Shown here: positions 25,211 through 37,000 of the stretch, piece by piece | How the letters are laid out: the number at the start of each line of letters is the position of its first letter | Numbering within the stretch: the first letter of the stretch is position 1 | Assembly (NCBI GenBank): GCA_951406725.2 | Contig: OX597834.1 | Location: forward strand, 34,348,001-34,412,000 | Reading direction: 5' to 3' | From: Octopus vulgaris | Lineage: Eukaryota | Length of the DNA: 64,000 nucleotides | Notes under the pieces: model-generated | What the model saw: the letters and a program-made list of their open reading frames with translations, nothing else | Databases searched by the model: none | What the model was told of the DNA's origin: nothing | Program-made: the position numbers and the translations under genes

Positions 25211-28200
25211 TAATGGTATGATCATTTAATGTTTGGAGCAGTCTTAAGTATTAGCTGCCAATCTTAGATTGAATCAATCACTTTTAACAACATTGCTGAA
25301 GAAATTAATCTACTCGAACCTTAAACTAACTACTTAAGCACTTTTGAACAAGTGAAAGGAAGCAGTGGGTTAGAAGTTGTGTTAGAAATATCTCCCATGG
25401 CACCCTAACTTTAGAGTTAATAAAATGGCATTCACAAGTTCTGACATGATTATCTTAAAACTAAAATCATTAAATTTTGAAGATAACTACTTCAATCTGA
25501 TTGACTACTCTTGTGTAAACAACACGGACACAGCATTACACATTTATGGCAAATACTTATTTATCAAGTTTCCTCACAGGTGTGTCTATATACACTGAAC
25601 CAATCCCAGAGGAAATGTGTATCAGATTTCACTGCATGGGTAACACTTAGTGGCTATATATCATAAAACTGAGACTGTGCCATGCAGCAGTATTATGTTA
25701 TCAAGCAGCTGCAATGTGTGGTGTTACAGCATTTGATTATATTATATGTTATAGCAGGTAATGATTCTATCACAGGTAGAGCCCTTATTGTGTGACACAG
25801 AACTTCTTATAGCATTTAAACATCCTCAAATAAATAAAATACAATCAGAAAATCTATTGCAGAATTTAATTAAGTGAGAAGAACAAGGAAAGTGTAAATG
25901 AATATTACTAAATTATAATATGAAAAAAAAAATTATCTACTATAATCTATCCACCTTTTACATACACTCAACAAAATTCAGTTCACTCAATCCCAAACTA
26001 AAGAAATAGAGAAATTCTGCAAGAGTGAGACATCCTTATATTGCCAACATCACAAAAATTAGGGTGCCATGAACAACCAGATATGATAGTGATGTAATGA
26101 TAATAATTGTCACTTTCTTGCTTCATCTTGTGGTAAAATGGAATTATTTGGTATTTCAATGGGACAGATTTTTAAAGTACAATGTAGCTAGATCGAAAGA
26201 CTGAACTGTAAATGGAAGCAGAAATGCAATTCCACTACTGACACAGAGACACAAATGCAAACATTGCTTTATGATAGATGAAAGGCATACACATATGTTT
26301 GTAATAGTATTCACTGAGATAAACTCAGAGAAGCAAATATATAACACACACACACACAAAGCACTTAGTTGACAATGTATGCAAGGCTAGGTAGAGCAAG
26401 ATGGATTTTAAAAAAAATAATATAAAATCAATTGTTAAAATTCTATTAGAAAAGGTGAATGAACACTATAGTTCAATACCCTTTCACTTTCCAATGGTTT
26501 GTAGATTTGGTGAGCAGAAAAATAAAAATTAATTCATTTGCTGAAGAAGGCAGGCAGCAGGCAGAAAGTATAACTGCAGCAAGCATTGCCTTTAATTTCC
26601 AATCAAATGTCTGTATTTCTGTTATCTTGAAGCTATATAAAAGGAAGTTTAGGGGGAATATACATAAATAATTGACACAGTAAACACAAATAGAATGAAA
26701 AATAAAGTTAAATTGTTTTTGTAAGAGATGGAACAACAATAGACAATTTCAAGGTTATTCTTTTTCTTTTACAAAATATTCTCAAGACAGAATTCACCTA
26801 GCAACAGGAAATGACACTGGTAATATAAACTACATCAAATGATATTATTTGCTTTAAGTTTCAATAAATGCTTTTAACTAGACACACAGCCAATTTGCAC
26901 TGGGAGAGGATAGAGTTGATATAATCATCATCGTTTATGTATTACTAGTAGTCATTTTATCAAATTCAGAAAGATGAAAGGCAAAAGAAGAAAAATTAAT
27001 CCTCACAGAGATTTGAACTCAGAATGTGCAAGAGAGAGTTAATTAAAAAAAAAAAATTCAATCTAATGCTTTTACTATTTCTACCAACTCTAATCATTCT
27101 GCCAGGTTTCAATAGATAATAACTTTGGTTTAAAATACCAAATACTACCAATTGATGGAATAAATTCATACAAATTGAAATTAATATGGTTAGAGCTTTA
27201 GAGATTTTCTTGAGGCACAACTGGTTGGAATGATATTGTCAACCTATTGACTACTATATTCTGATATGCTCAGTTCATTTAAATCTAAACAGACACTATA
27301 AAGAGTTAAAGTTTACCACAGTAAACAGTGAGAGTAATGTATAATTAATGTAAGCATCTCATTAGCTTCTTGTTCCAAGTTCAAATCTATGGATTTATCT
27401 TGGAGAAGTGGATAGATTATTTGTGCTGGTCTGACCTTGCCCTAGATTTATTACATGAAAACTTAAGTATTCACTAGTGCTTTAACAATCATTCTTCTTC
27501 TATAATTCCATTCACATCCAGCTGTATTTGACTGATATTTTATTTTATCAACCCAAAAGAATGAAAAGCAAAGTTTGATCTTGGCAGGATTTGAACTCAG
27601 AACATAAATAGTCATAACTAAATACTACAAAGCTTTTTGTCTGACAATCTAAGTATTTTTGCCTATGGAACTAACAGTATTTAAAAAAGAAAAGGAGAAA
27701 TTAATTGTTTTTTTGCAAACAGTCTTAATGTTTATGGATAGAGAGGAAGAGTGGGAGGGGGAGTATATGTGGAGCAGGGGTTAAGGAATTATTGTGGTAT
27801 AAACAACATATAGTTCAGTATCCTCTTTAGAAATAGCAACACAAACTTAGTTACTACTTTTAAGAGATACTTAACCAGAAAACAAATTAAGGAAATTCTC
27901 TTCCACCTTTTGATATAAGTGCTGAAGGGTATGGGTATTTTTTGAAAACCCTTTACCACATAAACAGGGAACAGTAATATGAATGACAAAACTCCTTGTG
28001 CATATACACATTCATCCATTAAACTTGAGAGCGGTCTGTGATTTAAGGAATCTGTTACAATACGAATGAACACAAAGACTGCACTTTTCATTGATCATAC
28101 CCTATTTTGAAGTGGATATCACTCTGTTGACACTTTATTCCAATGTGCATATAAGACTTTGTTGAAATGACTGCATCAATAAAAGTTAATCTTGACAAGT

Positions 28201-28791
28201 GACATAATTTGAACACTGAAATATTATTACAAGACCAGTTACAGAGATACTGCCTCAAGGCACCAGGTAATGAAATCTCTTGGAGTGCTCATGCTTGCTG
28301 TAATATATATATATATAGGTATAGCTGTATAAATTACATTTATTACAAGAACTTATCAAACCTTTAAAGAGAATCAACACCTGGATTTTCTGTAAATGTA
28401 CTGAAGTATTCAAATTTCTGAATCAGAAGTCAATTTAGCTTTATTTAACAGTTTATCATTGCCACCACTAAAATAAATAATATTTTCTGCATGTATGATT
28501 TCAGTCACTAGACAAGACAAAAAAAGGCCTATACACGTAAATGTCTGTGTTGACATCCAAAAGAGTGAAAGTCATTAACTGAGTAATATGATACCCACTA
28601 CCTGCACCCTGCCCCAAATTCACCAGTAAAGTTTGCAAGCTGTATTTGAAGCTACTTACTTTCAAGTTGGAGACTTGTAGCATTTGTCTTATGCTGACTT
28701 ATCAAGTTGAAGAACCATTATTATTATTATTAAAGTTAGTGTTAACATTTAATACAAGGAATATATTTAAAAAAATGGTAAAAATTATGTG

Positions 28792-28865
28792 AGTATGGGA
28801 GACAACTGGACTTTTTTCAGTCTTATTAGACCTTTTCAGCAAAGGAGAGACTTCACCATACTTGC
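28792..28865 (-). ncRNA. Decayed hammerhead-ribozyme-like motif, same family as 11483-11560
   Basis: Minus strand reads CUGAAAA-GGUC uaauaa GACU-GAAA aaa GUC, enclosed by AGUAUGG/CCAUACU. Alignable to the 11.5 kb copy. Confidence 0.5.
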
Positions 28866-29967
28866 TGAAGTAGTGAAGAAGGGACCACTATATAAATGTA
28901 CAAGAATGTACACTGCATGGATCAGTTTTCATTGATGACAAAATGATTTTGTTTCAACTTTCAGGTATTCACAAAAGTATACAGAGATATGGATGACAAT
29001 AAATGAACTAGAAATACATTTCACTAATTTTGCAGACTTCTCATGATTCTAGAATGTTACATATTCTCTTACAAACAACTACTAAAATTTATTATTGTAA
29101 AATCTGAGATGAAAATGAGAAATTGGGATATTCATGACTTTTCAAAAGTGTTAATAATGTTAAAATGGGTCTGATAGGAATTTGAACACAAAGTATATAT
29201 CCAGCACATTGAAAACATACTTGAGTCTACAATGTTAGCTGCATATTCCTGTCAAAACAAGACTGATAATATATGCAAACCAAGTTGAAGGTTTCTAATC
29301 AGGTTAAGATTTTTCCAGGCCTTGTTGGTTTATATATAAGTTGTTAGAAAGGCTGAAAGAATTAAGTGCCCAAACAAATATCTAGCAATGAAATTGTGAT
29401 AGTTTTACTTTTGTAGTAGGTAATACCAGAGTTTCATGGTCCTTAAGTTTGTTTTTGCCATCACAACTAAACATCATGTTGGAACTGCTGTCTGTGTGAG
29501 ATTATTCTATTTATTTATTTATTTGATATCTATCCGAAGAGTAAATTCATAACAAATTCCCCCACAAACATTATAAAAGATAGATATCCTATAGGTAAAA
29601 TGCTTGCCTTTCTTATAAGTGAAATAGTAGATAAGTTTTAATATACAAACATGCAACTTGGTTTTTTTTTTATATAACTATTTAGAAATGTATTTCTGGA
29701 AAGAAAGATGAAGAAAAAGATCAACAGAAAATGTTTTAACTAATGAGATGTTAATAGAGTAAATATCAGTCATTACAGAAAGAGATGTTAAAAGCTAAAG
29801 AGGCAATACCAACAATCTTAGCTGTCCCTGCAATATATCAATTAGAATAACATTAATGGAAATATCTACAGGTATTTAAGAAAGATAGTTAAAATAAAAA
29901 AGAAAAGCGGGTATGAATTTCACAGACATAATGGTAATATTTAATATTTCCTAGAAATGTATCAACA

Positions 29968-30315
29968 CAGGCATGGGGACATGTGGTTAAGAAGCTTGAA
30001 TCTCAGTCATGAAGTCCCAGCATTGATCCCACTTTGTGGCATCTTGGGCAAGTGTTTTTTTACCATAGCTTCGGGTCAACCCAAGCATTGTGAATGAAAC
30101 TGGGTAGACAGAAACTGTGTGGAAGCCCATTGGATGGATTGTACCTGTAATTCAAAGTACCAGTCTTGTTGCATATTGTGTCATGCTGGTTCATACTGAG
30201 AATTACCCTAAGGGTACATGTGTTTATGGAATACTCAGCCACATACATACATTAATTTAATGAGTTGGTTGTTCAGGTGATTGAACGACTAATTGTTCAT
30301 TGTCAAAAATGATAG
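29968..30315 (+). mobile_element. tRNA-derived SINE family B
   Basis: TGGTTAAGAAGCTT..CTTGGGCAAGTGT..GGTAGACAGAAACTG..GAAGCCC. Further copies near 37810, 40570, 50170, 50657 and 51868. Confidence 0.75.
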
Positions 30316-31698
30316 GTGATCCATCATTATTTTTCAAACATTTTCATATGAGAAGGTAGTGGTTTAGAGAGGGAAGGACAAGAAAAATAAAACAGTATTT
30401 GTAAAAATATTCAAAACATGAACAAATTAAAATTGTTATTCAAATATGCATCTGTAGCTTTATAAGTAAAACTATGGCTTCAGTTGTATAAAACAGCATT
30501 TTGATGTTACATATTACGATACAGCCATTTTATGAAAACTAGCCATGTTTGCATGCTATCAAATAAATTCTTACAGAGAGTGTATTTTATTATACTGTCA
30601 TCATAAATTCATAACATATGTCAACAGTTAAACTAGTTTCCATTGCTTAAAAAGAAATTTTTAAAAAATGGCAGAACATAGAAACATAGGGGCAGTTTTC
30701 TTCCTCAGCAACTTTATCAATTCCTATAACAATCAAATCTGTTATTTTTACTTCTCTTTATTGCATTTAATGAGTTTAAGACTAAGCTTCACTGAGCATT
30801 CACTCAAAACTGGAAGGAAATTTTACATGTGAAAAATTAAAAACATTGAAATAGTGTAAACCTACATGATATCAAATATTGAAGATTTATAGCAAATTTC
30901 ATTAAAATGTTTGAGATCGAAATAAATGGAGTTCAGAGATGAAAATCATGCTGAAAGAAAAAAAAAGTCAGTATTTTATGTTGTGTGCAGCTTAGGAACA
31001 ATATACAAAAGTTGTACACACACATTGTATGTATAATTGAGAATAATAACATAGCTGTTCATTCTTTTTTTTTTTTCTGAATCCTTTAGGGACCTATCTA
31101 TAGGGCTGGTGCTTAGCTCTTGTTTCTGTAGAAGTAAAAATAAGGAGAAGGGGATAGGAAAAAATATCTTTCCTCCTCAAAGTGCTGCTCAATTACATAT
31201 TTTATCTAGAAAAACCTGGCACCCATTCCCCACCATGGCTATTTGAAATGAAGCATGTGGAGTTAAGTGCACAGTTTAAAAAACAATTGAACACCTGCTA
31301 TGAGATATGAATTCATAATTATGAGTTTGGTAGTCCAGTAGTTTATCCTCTTGACTATTTCACTTTTATTCCGTGTGTGATCAGTGGCCCTGTGATAGAA
31401 TCACATTGGTTTTAATATTCACTTTTAATCATTATTTTCACAATAGTACAGGTCATTAGATATCAAAGTTTTTCAGTGTCCATCTACAACCTGGTCATAG
31501 ATATTCCATTCCACTGTATCTTTGATATGTAATCATATATACTGTTGTAAAAGTAGTCCTAAAAAGTAAATAGAACAGTGTATGTGTGTATTTAAATATC
31601 CAGTGTAATTCTACCGAGTTCCAACTGTCATAGTTCTTTCTCTACACAGGATCTCAGTTCAAATCTCTTGACAGGCAGGTACAATAAACGTGTGTGTA

Positions 31699-31736
<38 letters not shown>

Positions 31737-31934
31737 AAGAGATAGAGAAAGAGAGAGAGAGCCAAGACTGAAAAAAAAATTAAATAGAAGGAAACATACA
31801 AATTTACATAGCTGTGTATGTACAACCTTTTGTTTTCTTACACTCAGATATACATATACATACATATATACGTACAGACACAAACACACATACACAAACA
31901 CACATACATATATGTGTGTGTGTATGTATATACA

Positions 31935-32003
<69 letters not shown>

Positions 32004-32827
32004 AAGTATGTGTGTGTGAAGAAGAGAGACATGGCAGACATACATAACAGGTATGTGCTTGCAGAAAAAACTAGATTCACAATTCAAATGTGAATTTAGC
32101 AAACATGGAAGAGGAGTGGATCATGTTAAGTCAGTTAGAATACTAATTTCAGAAGACCAATTTCCATAGAGTGACATTACTGCTAAGGATGGTCTGGTCA
32201 ATAATTTTTTTTTGTTCTGTCTTTTTAATTCCATTTTTTACAGTTGCATTTGTTTTTGTCATCATTTGAAATACCAGGACTGAGGTTTGAGGAAATAAAG
32301 ACAATTCATCAATGTCAATGTCACATAGCTGATAACTGGTATTAAAGAGCTTCTAGTGGCATAGATGTATGTTTGTGTGCATGTACATATATTAAAGATA
32401 TATGTGTATGTATTTGTGTGTACACATATACAGATATGTGTATGTGTGGATGCATAAGTCAACAGCACTAAAGAGCAATCGATAGATGCATCTGATTAGA
32501 AAAAGCCAAGAAACTGGCTGTTTATCACACTTATGAAGCATAGATATTTTTGATTGATTGATATGTAATGTGTGGGTAAGCTCCATAGAGTGGCACTAAG
32601 CTCCCTGCTAGCCGAACCTACAACCCCAGTTTCAATTTCCAGTTGAGCCATTTCACTTCACTTATACCTTGGACCTGCAATTTTCCGGCCATAGTCAATC
32701 GACGGGATCGGGATTAATTAGCCCACCAAGCTGACTTGCTCTCGACACACTACATGAAGAGAGAATCTTCAGTTGTGTCACCAGCAACTCTTGTTGGGTT
32801 GTTGGTGACATATTCATTATATATATA

Positions 32828-32890
<63 letters not shown>

Positions 32891-33204
32891 ATATATGCAT
32901 ATACACACTCCTATGTATCTGTGTGTAGACATCAGCTGAACAGCTGTTGGTGCACCAAGTTGGGGAGAGAAAACACAGACACACATAAAGAATAGACTAC
33001 AATATAACCACTGTCCTGGATTAGATGCAGTTGGCACCCCTCGCAAGGAAATAGAGAAGTGGTGGTAGAAGTCAACAGTGGAATATGTAAGCCCATGTTT
33101 TACATGTTGGTGTTTTACTCATATGTATACACAATGTAACAAATACTCAACACACAAGAATGGAAAGTGGGATATGGGAAGGGGAATTAAATTAATTATG
33201 TAGA

Positions 33205-33410
33205 TATTGGCACAAGGCCACAAATCATGGGACTGGGACATAAAGGATTGAATCAAACCAAGTACATGACTGGTATTAATTTTATCAATCCTAGAGAGAT
33301 GAATGGCAAAGTCAATCCAAGTAAAGTTTGAACTTGGAATATAGATGGATGGAACTAAATACTGTAAGGCATTTAGTCTCGAACTCTACCATTTCTGCCA
33401 ATCCATCACT
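33205..33410 (-). mobile_element. SINE family A, in the SCAI 3' region
   Basis: GGCACAAGGCC...GGCAAAGTCAA...TTTGAACT core. Confidence 0.7.
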
Positions 33411-33858
33411 GTCATGAAGAGATTTGGGACTAAATTTGAAGGGATTGAGAGAAGAGGGGCGAAAAGAACTGGAAAGACAGAAGTGTAACATTAAAAATTA
33501 AATGAACTGGGATGGGGTGGACATGACAAAAATATGATGTAGATTGCTGGTGGAGGAGGGATTATTAGAAGAACTGGATATGGAAGAAAAGGGACATAGA
33601 ATGGGTATGGGTGTGTTGTGTATCCCCGTGCACTCACACAGTAGTATTCTTAGTAGTAATTGTAATAGTAATTGCAGTAGTAGTTGTTGTAGTTGCTGCA
33701 GTATTATCATCAATGTCATTAGTATTACTCGAAAGTAATAAATTCAGCAGAGTAGTAGCAGTAGGTTGCAGTATGGTGGCGAGTGGACAGGCAGTGGCAA
33801 CCTACTGTCTGACACAAGTTTTGTGGCAGTAATTACTACTCTAGCTGATCCACTGATG

Positions 33859-34011
33859 TCAGTTGGAAGTGTCGCCGTCTCCTGGCTCAGCAAACAGACC
33901 ACGTACGTCCAAAGTGTTGGCTAGATCCAGCATGCTTTTGTAGAGCAAAGGATGTTCCAGAATTTCATCTGTTGGTAACGATGGGTGAGAGGTAGGGAAA
34001 TAGCTGGGACC
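33859..34011 (-). CDS. SCAI: SCAI last coding exon: GPSYFPTSHPSLP...LDVRGLFAEPGDGDTSN*
   Basis: tgcag| acceptor, 153 nt to TGA at 33861-33859. Resembles the SCAI C-terminus (LDLAxxLDVR). Confidence 0.93.
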   Translation of the reverse strand, partial: GPSYFPTSHPSLPTDEILEHPLLYKSMLDLANTLDVRGLFAEPGDGDTSN

Positions 34012-37000
34012 CTGCAAACCAAGAGGAAAATATTAAATTAAGATTCTATACATTGAATCCACAATACAGAAAACAACACAACTATGTCTATGTATAACAG
34101 AATAGATAATAACCTTTTTATATTAGAGTGGAGATGGATGAATAAGCATAAAGTAAACCACACATTTCAGTTATTGTTGCTGTTAAGTTGTTCTAGTCTT
34201 CTCTGATGGGATAGTGCTACATCCAAGATGTGGTACCCAAGAGAATACTTGAGAACAATGTGTAAATTTGTATGTTGATATATCTAGGCTGTCTGAGTTG
34301 ATCAGCAGTATTCCATCAAATTTTGACAACTCAGTCTTTATTGTAGAGGCCGTCCTCAGCCTTGCAACTTGAACATGCAGGTTTCATTTCAAAAGAAGTA
34401 GGTTGACTGACAATTTAAAACTCCCTCATTGACCCAAGTAATTCCCATTTTTAAAGACATCAGTAAGTCTTTTGAGAGTTATTGCCTCCTGCATTGAGCG
34501 GACTGAGGAAATACATTTGAAGCTCCCCCGATTTTTGTAACTATTTGGTATAAGTGTAATGGTTGTAAGTGTGATTTTTGTAATTTTGTGGAGACAATTG
34601 TTGACTGACAGAGTTAGTGATATACTTATACACAAATAACCATCTCTTCCATAGTTCTATTTATTGATACTAAAGAGATTCTGACAGAACTTGTCTATGG
34701 CACCTGAAGCTAATACATCTGTTCTTTATCTACAATATTTTCACTCTATCAGATGATCTCTACTCAATAAAGAATTTGTTCTTTAATTTCAAAAGAAATT
34801 AATGGAACGTTGAAATATTCTAAAGTGAACATTTAAGTTTTATAATTGAAAATATCATAGTAAACGTAACATATCTACCTTGAAGCCACGGTGTAGAATT
34901 AAGACTATGTAACAGAAAACAAAGCGTAGCAGTAGAAGACGAAGAAAGTCATCACCAAAAAACTGCATAAAGGAATGATCTAAAGACCAAAAAGAAAAAG
35001 AAAAAATTATATCAATATATATAATGAGATAATTTCAAAAACACTGAAAATACATGCTGTTTATAAGGTCTTTCAGTTGATATTTTTAGATATAAGACAT
35101 TAATATTCTATTGATAAACTAGAAAATTGCATTGTTAATACAATTAAGTTTTCGAGCTTGCTATATCATATAAAAGAAAATGAAAAGAGTATCAATTATA
35201 GTTTAGATGTAATTTTTACTTTGAAACAATTGCATAAGCTGCCGTTTTAAAATCTAACACTTCTTAGTTATATACTTCTAATTATGAAAATATGTCAAAT
35301 ATAATTTTATACAAATAGGTTTGTTTGCATAGACTGGATACTAGCTATATTACATTATAGCAACAATTCTCAACTTTTTACCATTGCAACCCATTTTGTC
35401 AAATTAATAATCTTCAAATTAATTAATAATCTTGAGGAGATATTCCTACGGTAAATGTATTGAGGCTCTCATTCAGTCTGTGGTTTAATGTATAATAATT
35501 TCATGAACATTTTACATTTTATCAAATATTTCAAATGTAAAAGATTTTCTCTTGCAACCTTTTCAGAGTGATACTGGAAACCAATTTAGGTTGGGACCCT
35601 CTAGATTAGGAACTGCTGCAGTTCAGTATGTTTCATATTCCTCATTCTCTAGATTGTTGATATTAAATGCCGTGTCAGCTTTGCTTGGTTTGCTGATCAA
35701 ACATTTAGGAACAAATGTTGGTACACCATACAGATGTAAGATATTTAATATGTTGGTTTAGTTCAGACATCATATAACTGACGCTCTAGATTTGATTATC
35801 TCATCCTCAAGCACTCTTAAACTTTAGGATTTAAACATGTCTCTTTAAAAATAAATAAAGACATTAGGAAGCTTACTAATGAAGTTTTTTCTGGCTACAC
35901 TGACCAGATCAAGTGACTTCAATGAAGCTCCTTTGTTGGTTTAATTTATTTAGAATCTACAAACTAGAATGTGAAGAGAGAACCTGTCTTTGGTTGGGGA
36001 ACAGTCATTGTAAACCAGAAATCTGGCTATTCAGACCGTAACAACACAAATTCTCAAGTATTTTACTGTACTACCAATATTTACTTTACTGAATGTAGAT
36101 CAGTGGTGAAAACTATAAATCACACATTGGCAGACTTTTGGCATAAATGCATGAGATTCTTTATTGTATATATTGCATATTTATTTGTATACTACTATCT
36201 TCTACATAAAATGTCTTAAGATGCCTTAGATGAAGGATAAAGAATGGAGATATGATTACCTAATTTCCTTGAACGAGTAAATAACTTGGATGCTTCTGAC
36301 ATAAACTTATCTACATGGCTCTGGCACTTGTCCCAGGTTGTGATAGGAATGTCCCCAATGTTGCATACATAGCAAAATGCCATTAGGGGACAGTGTAAGA
36401 AGAGAGTAAACAGGTTGCCTTTCAGATGTTGATCTGTAAAATAAGAAGCAAAATAAATATACATTGATGAAATTAAAACACACACAGCTAGTTAGTTGAA
36501 CTGGATGACACCTCTCATTCGCAACATCTTTATAGTGTAATCTAATTACAGTTAAGAGAAGGTCTGCAAAGAACAGGTATAATTGCCTGGAATGTGGTAC
36601 AGGTATATCCAAAGATCCAGTTTTCAGCAACTTAACTGCTAATAATAATGAACATTTTTTAAAATTTGCACAAGGCACCAGTGTATTAGTGGTACTTGTA
36701 GTATCAAACACCTTCATAATTTGAAGACAAATCATAGAACACAACTAAATACTGTTTAACATCCTACCATCCAATAACAGCAATGGCTTCTCATTTGAGA
36801 ACTAGGTTAGACATTTTTGGAGAAGGAATAGTTAACTATATTAACCACCAGTAGTTGAATTGTTCTTTTTTTTTTATTGACCCTGGAAGGAAGAATGGTA
36901 AAGTTGATCTCATTAGGTTTTCATCTCAGAATACAAAAGGCTGTAACAAAATATTGCAAAGTGTTTCGTTCAACACCTAACTGAATCTTCCAATCCATAA

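Noticed and set aside
33841-33861. Stop-codon readthrough at SCAI TGA-C
   Set aside because: It is not the strong UGA-CUAG context, and a TAG follows five codons later.
36307-36744. 145-aa minus-strand ORF
   Set aside because: It overlaps an SCAI exon in another frame plus intron sequence, and has no recognisable motif.
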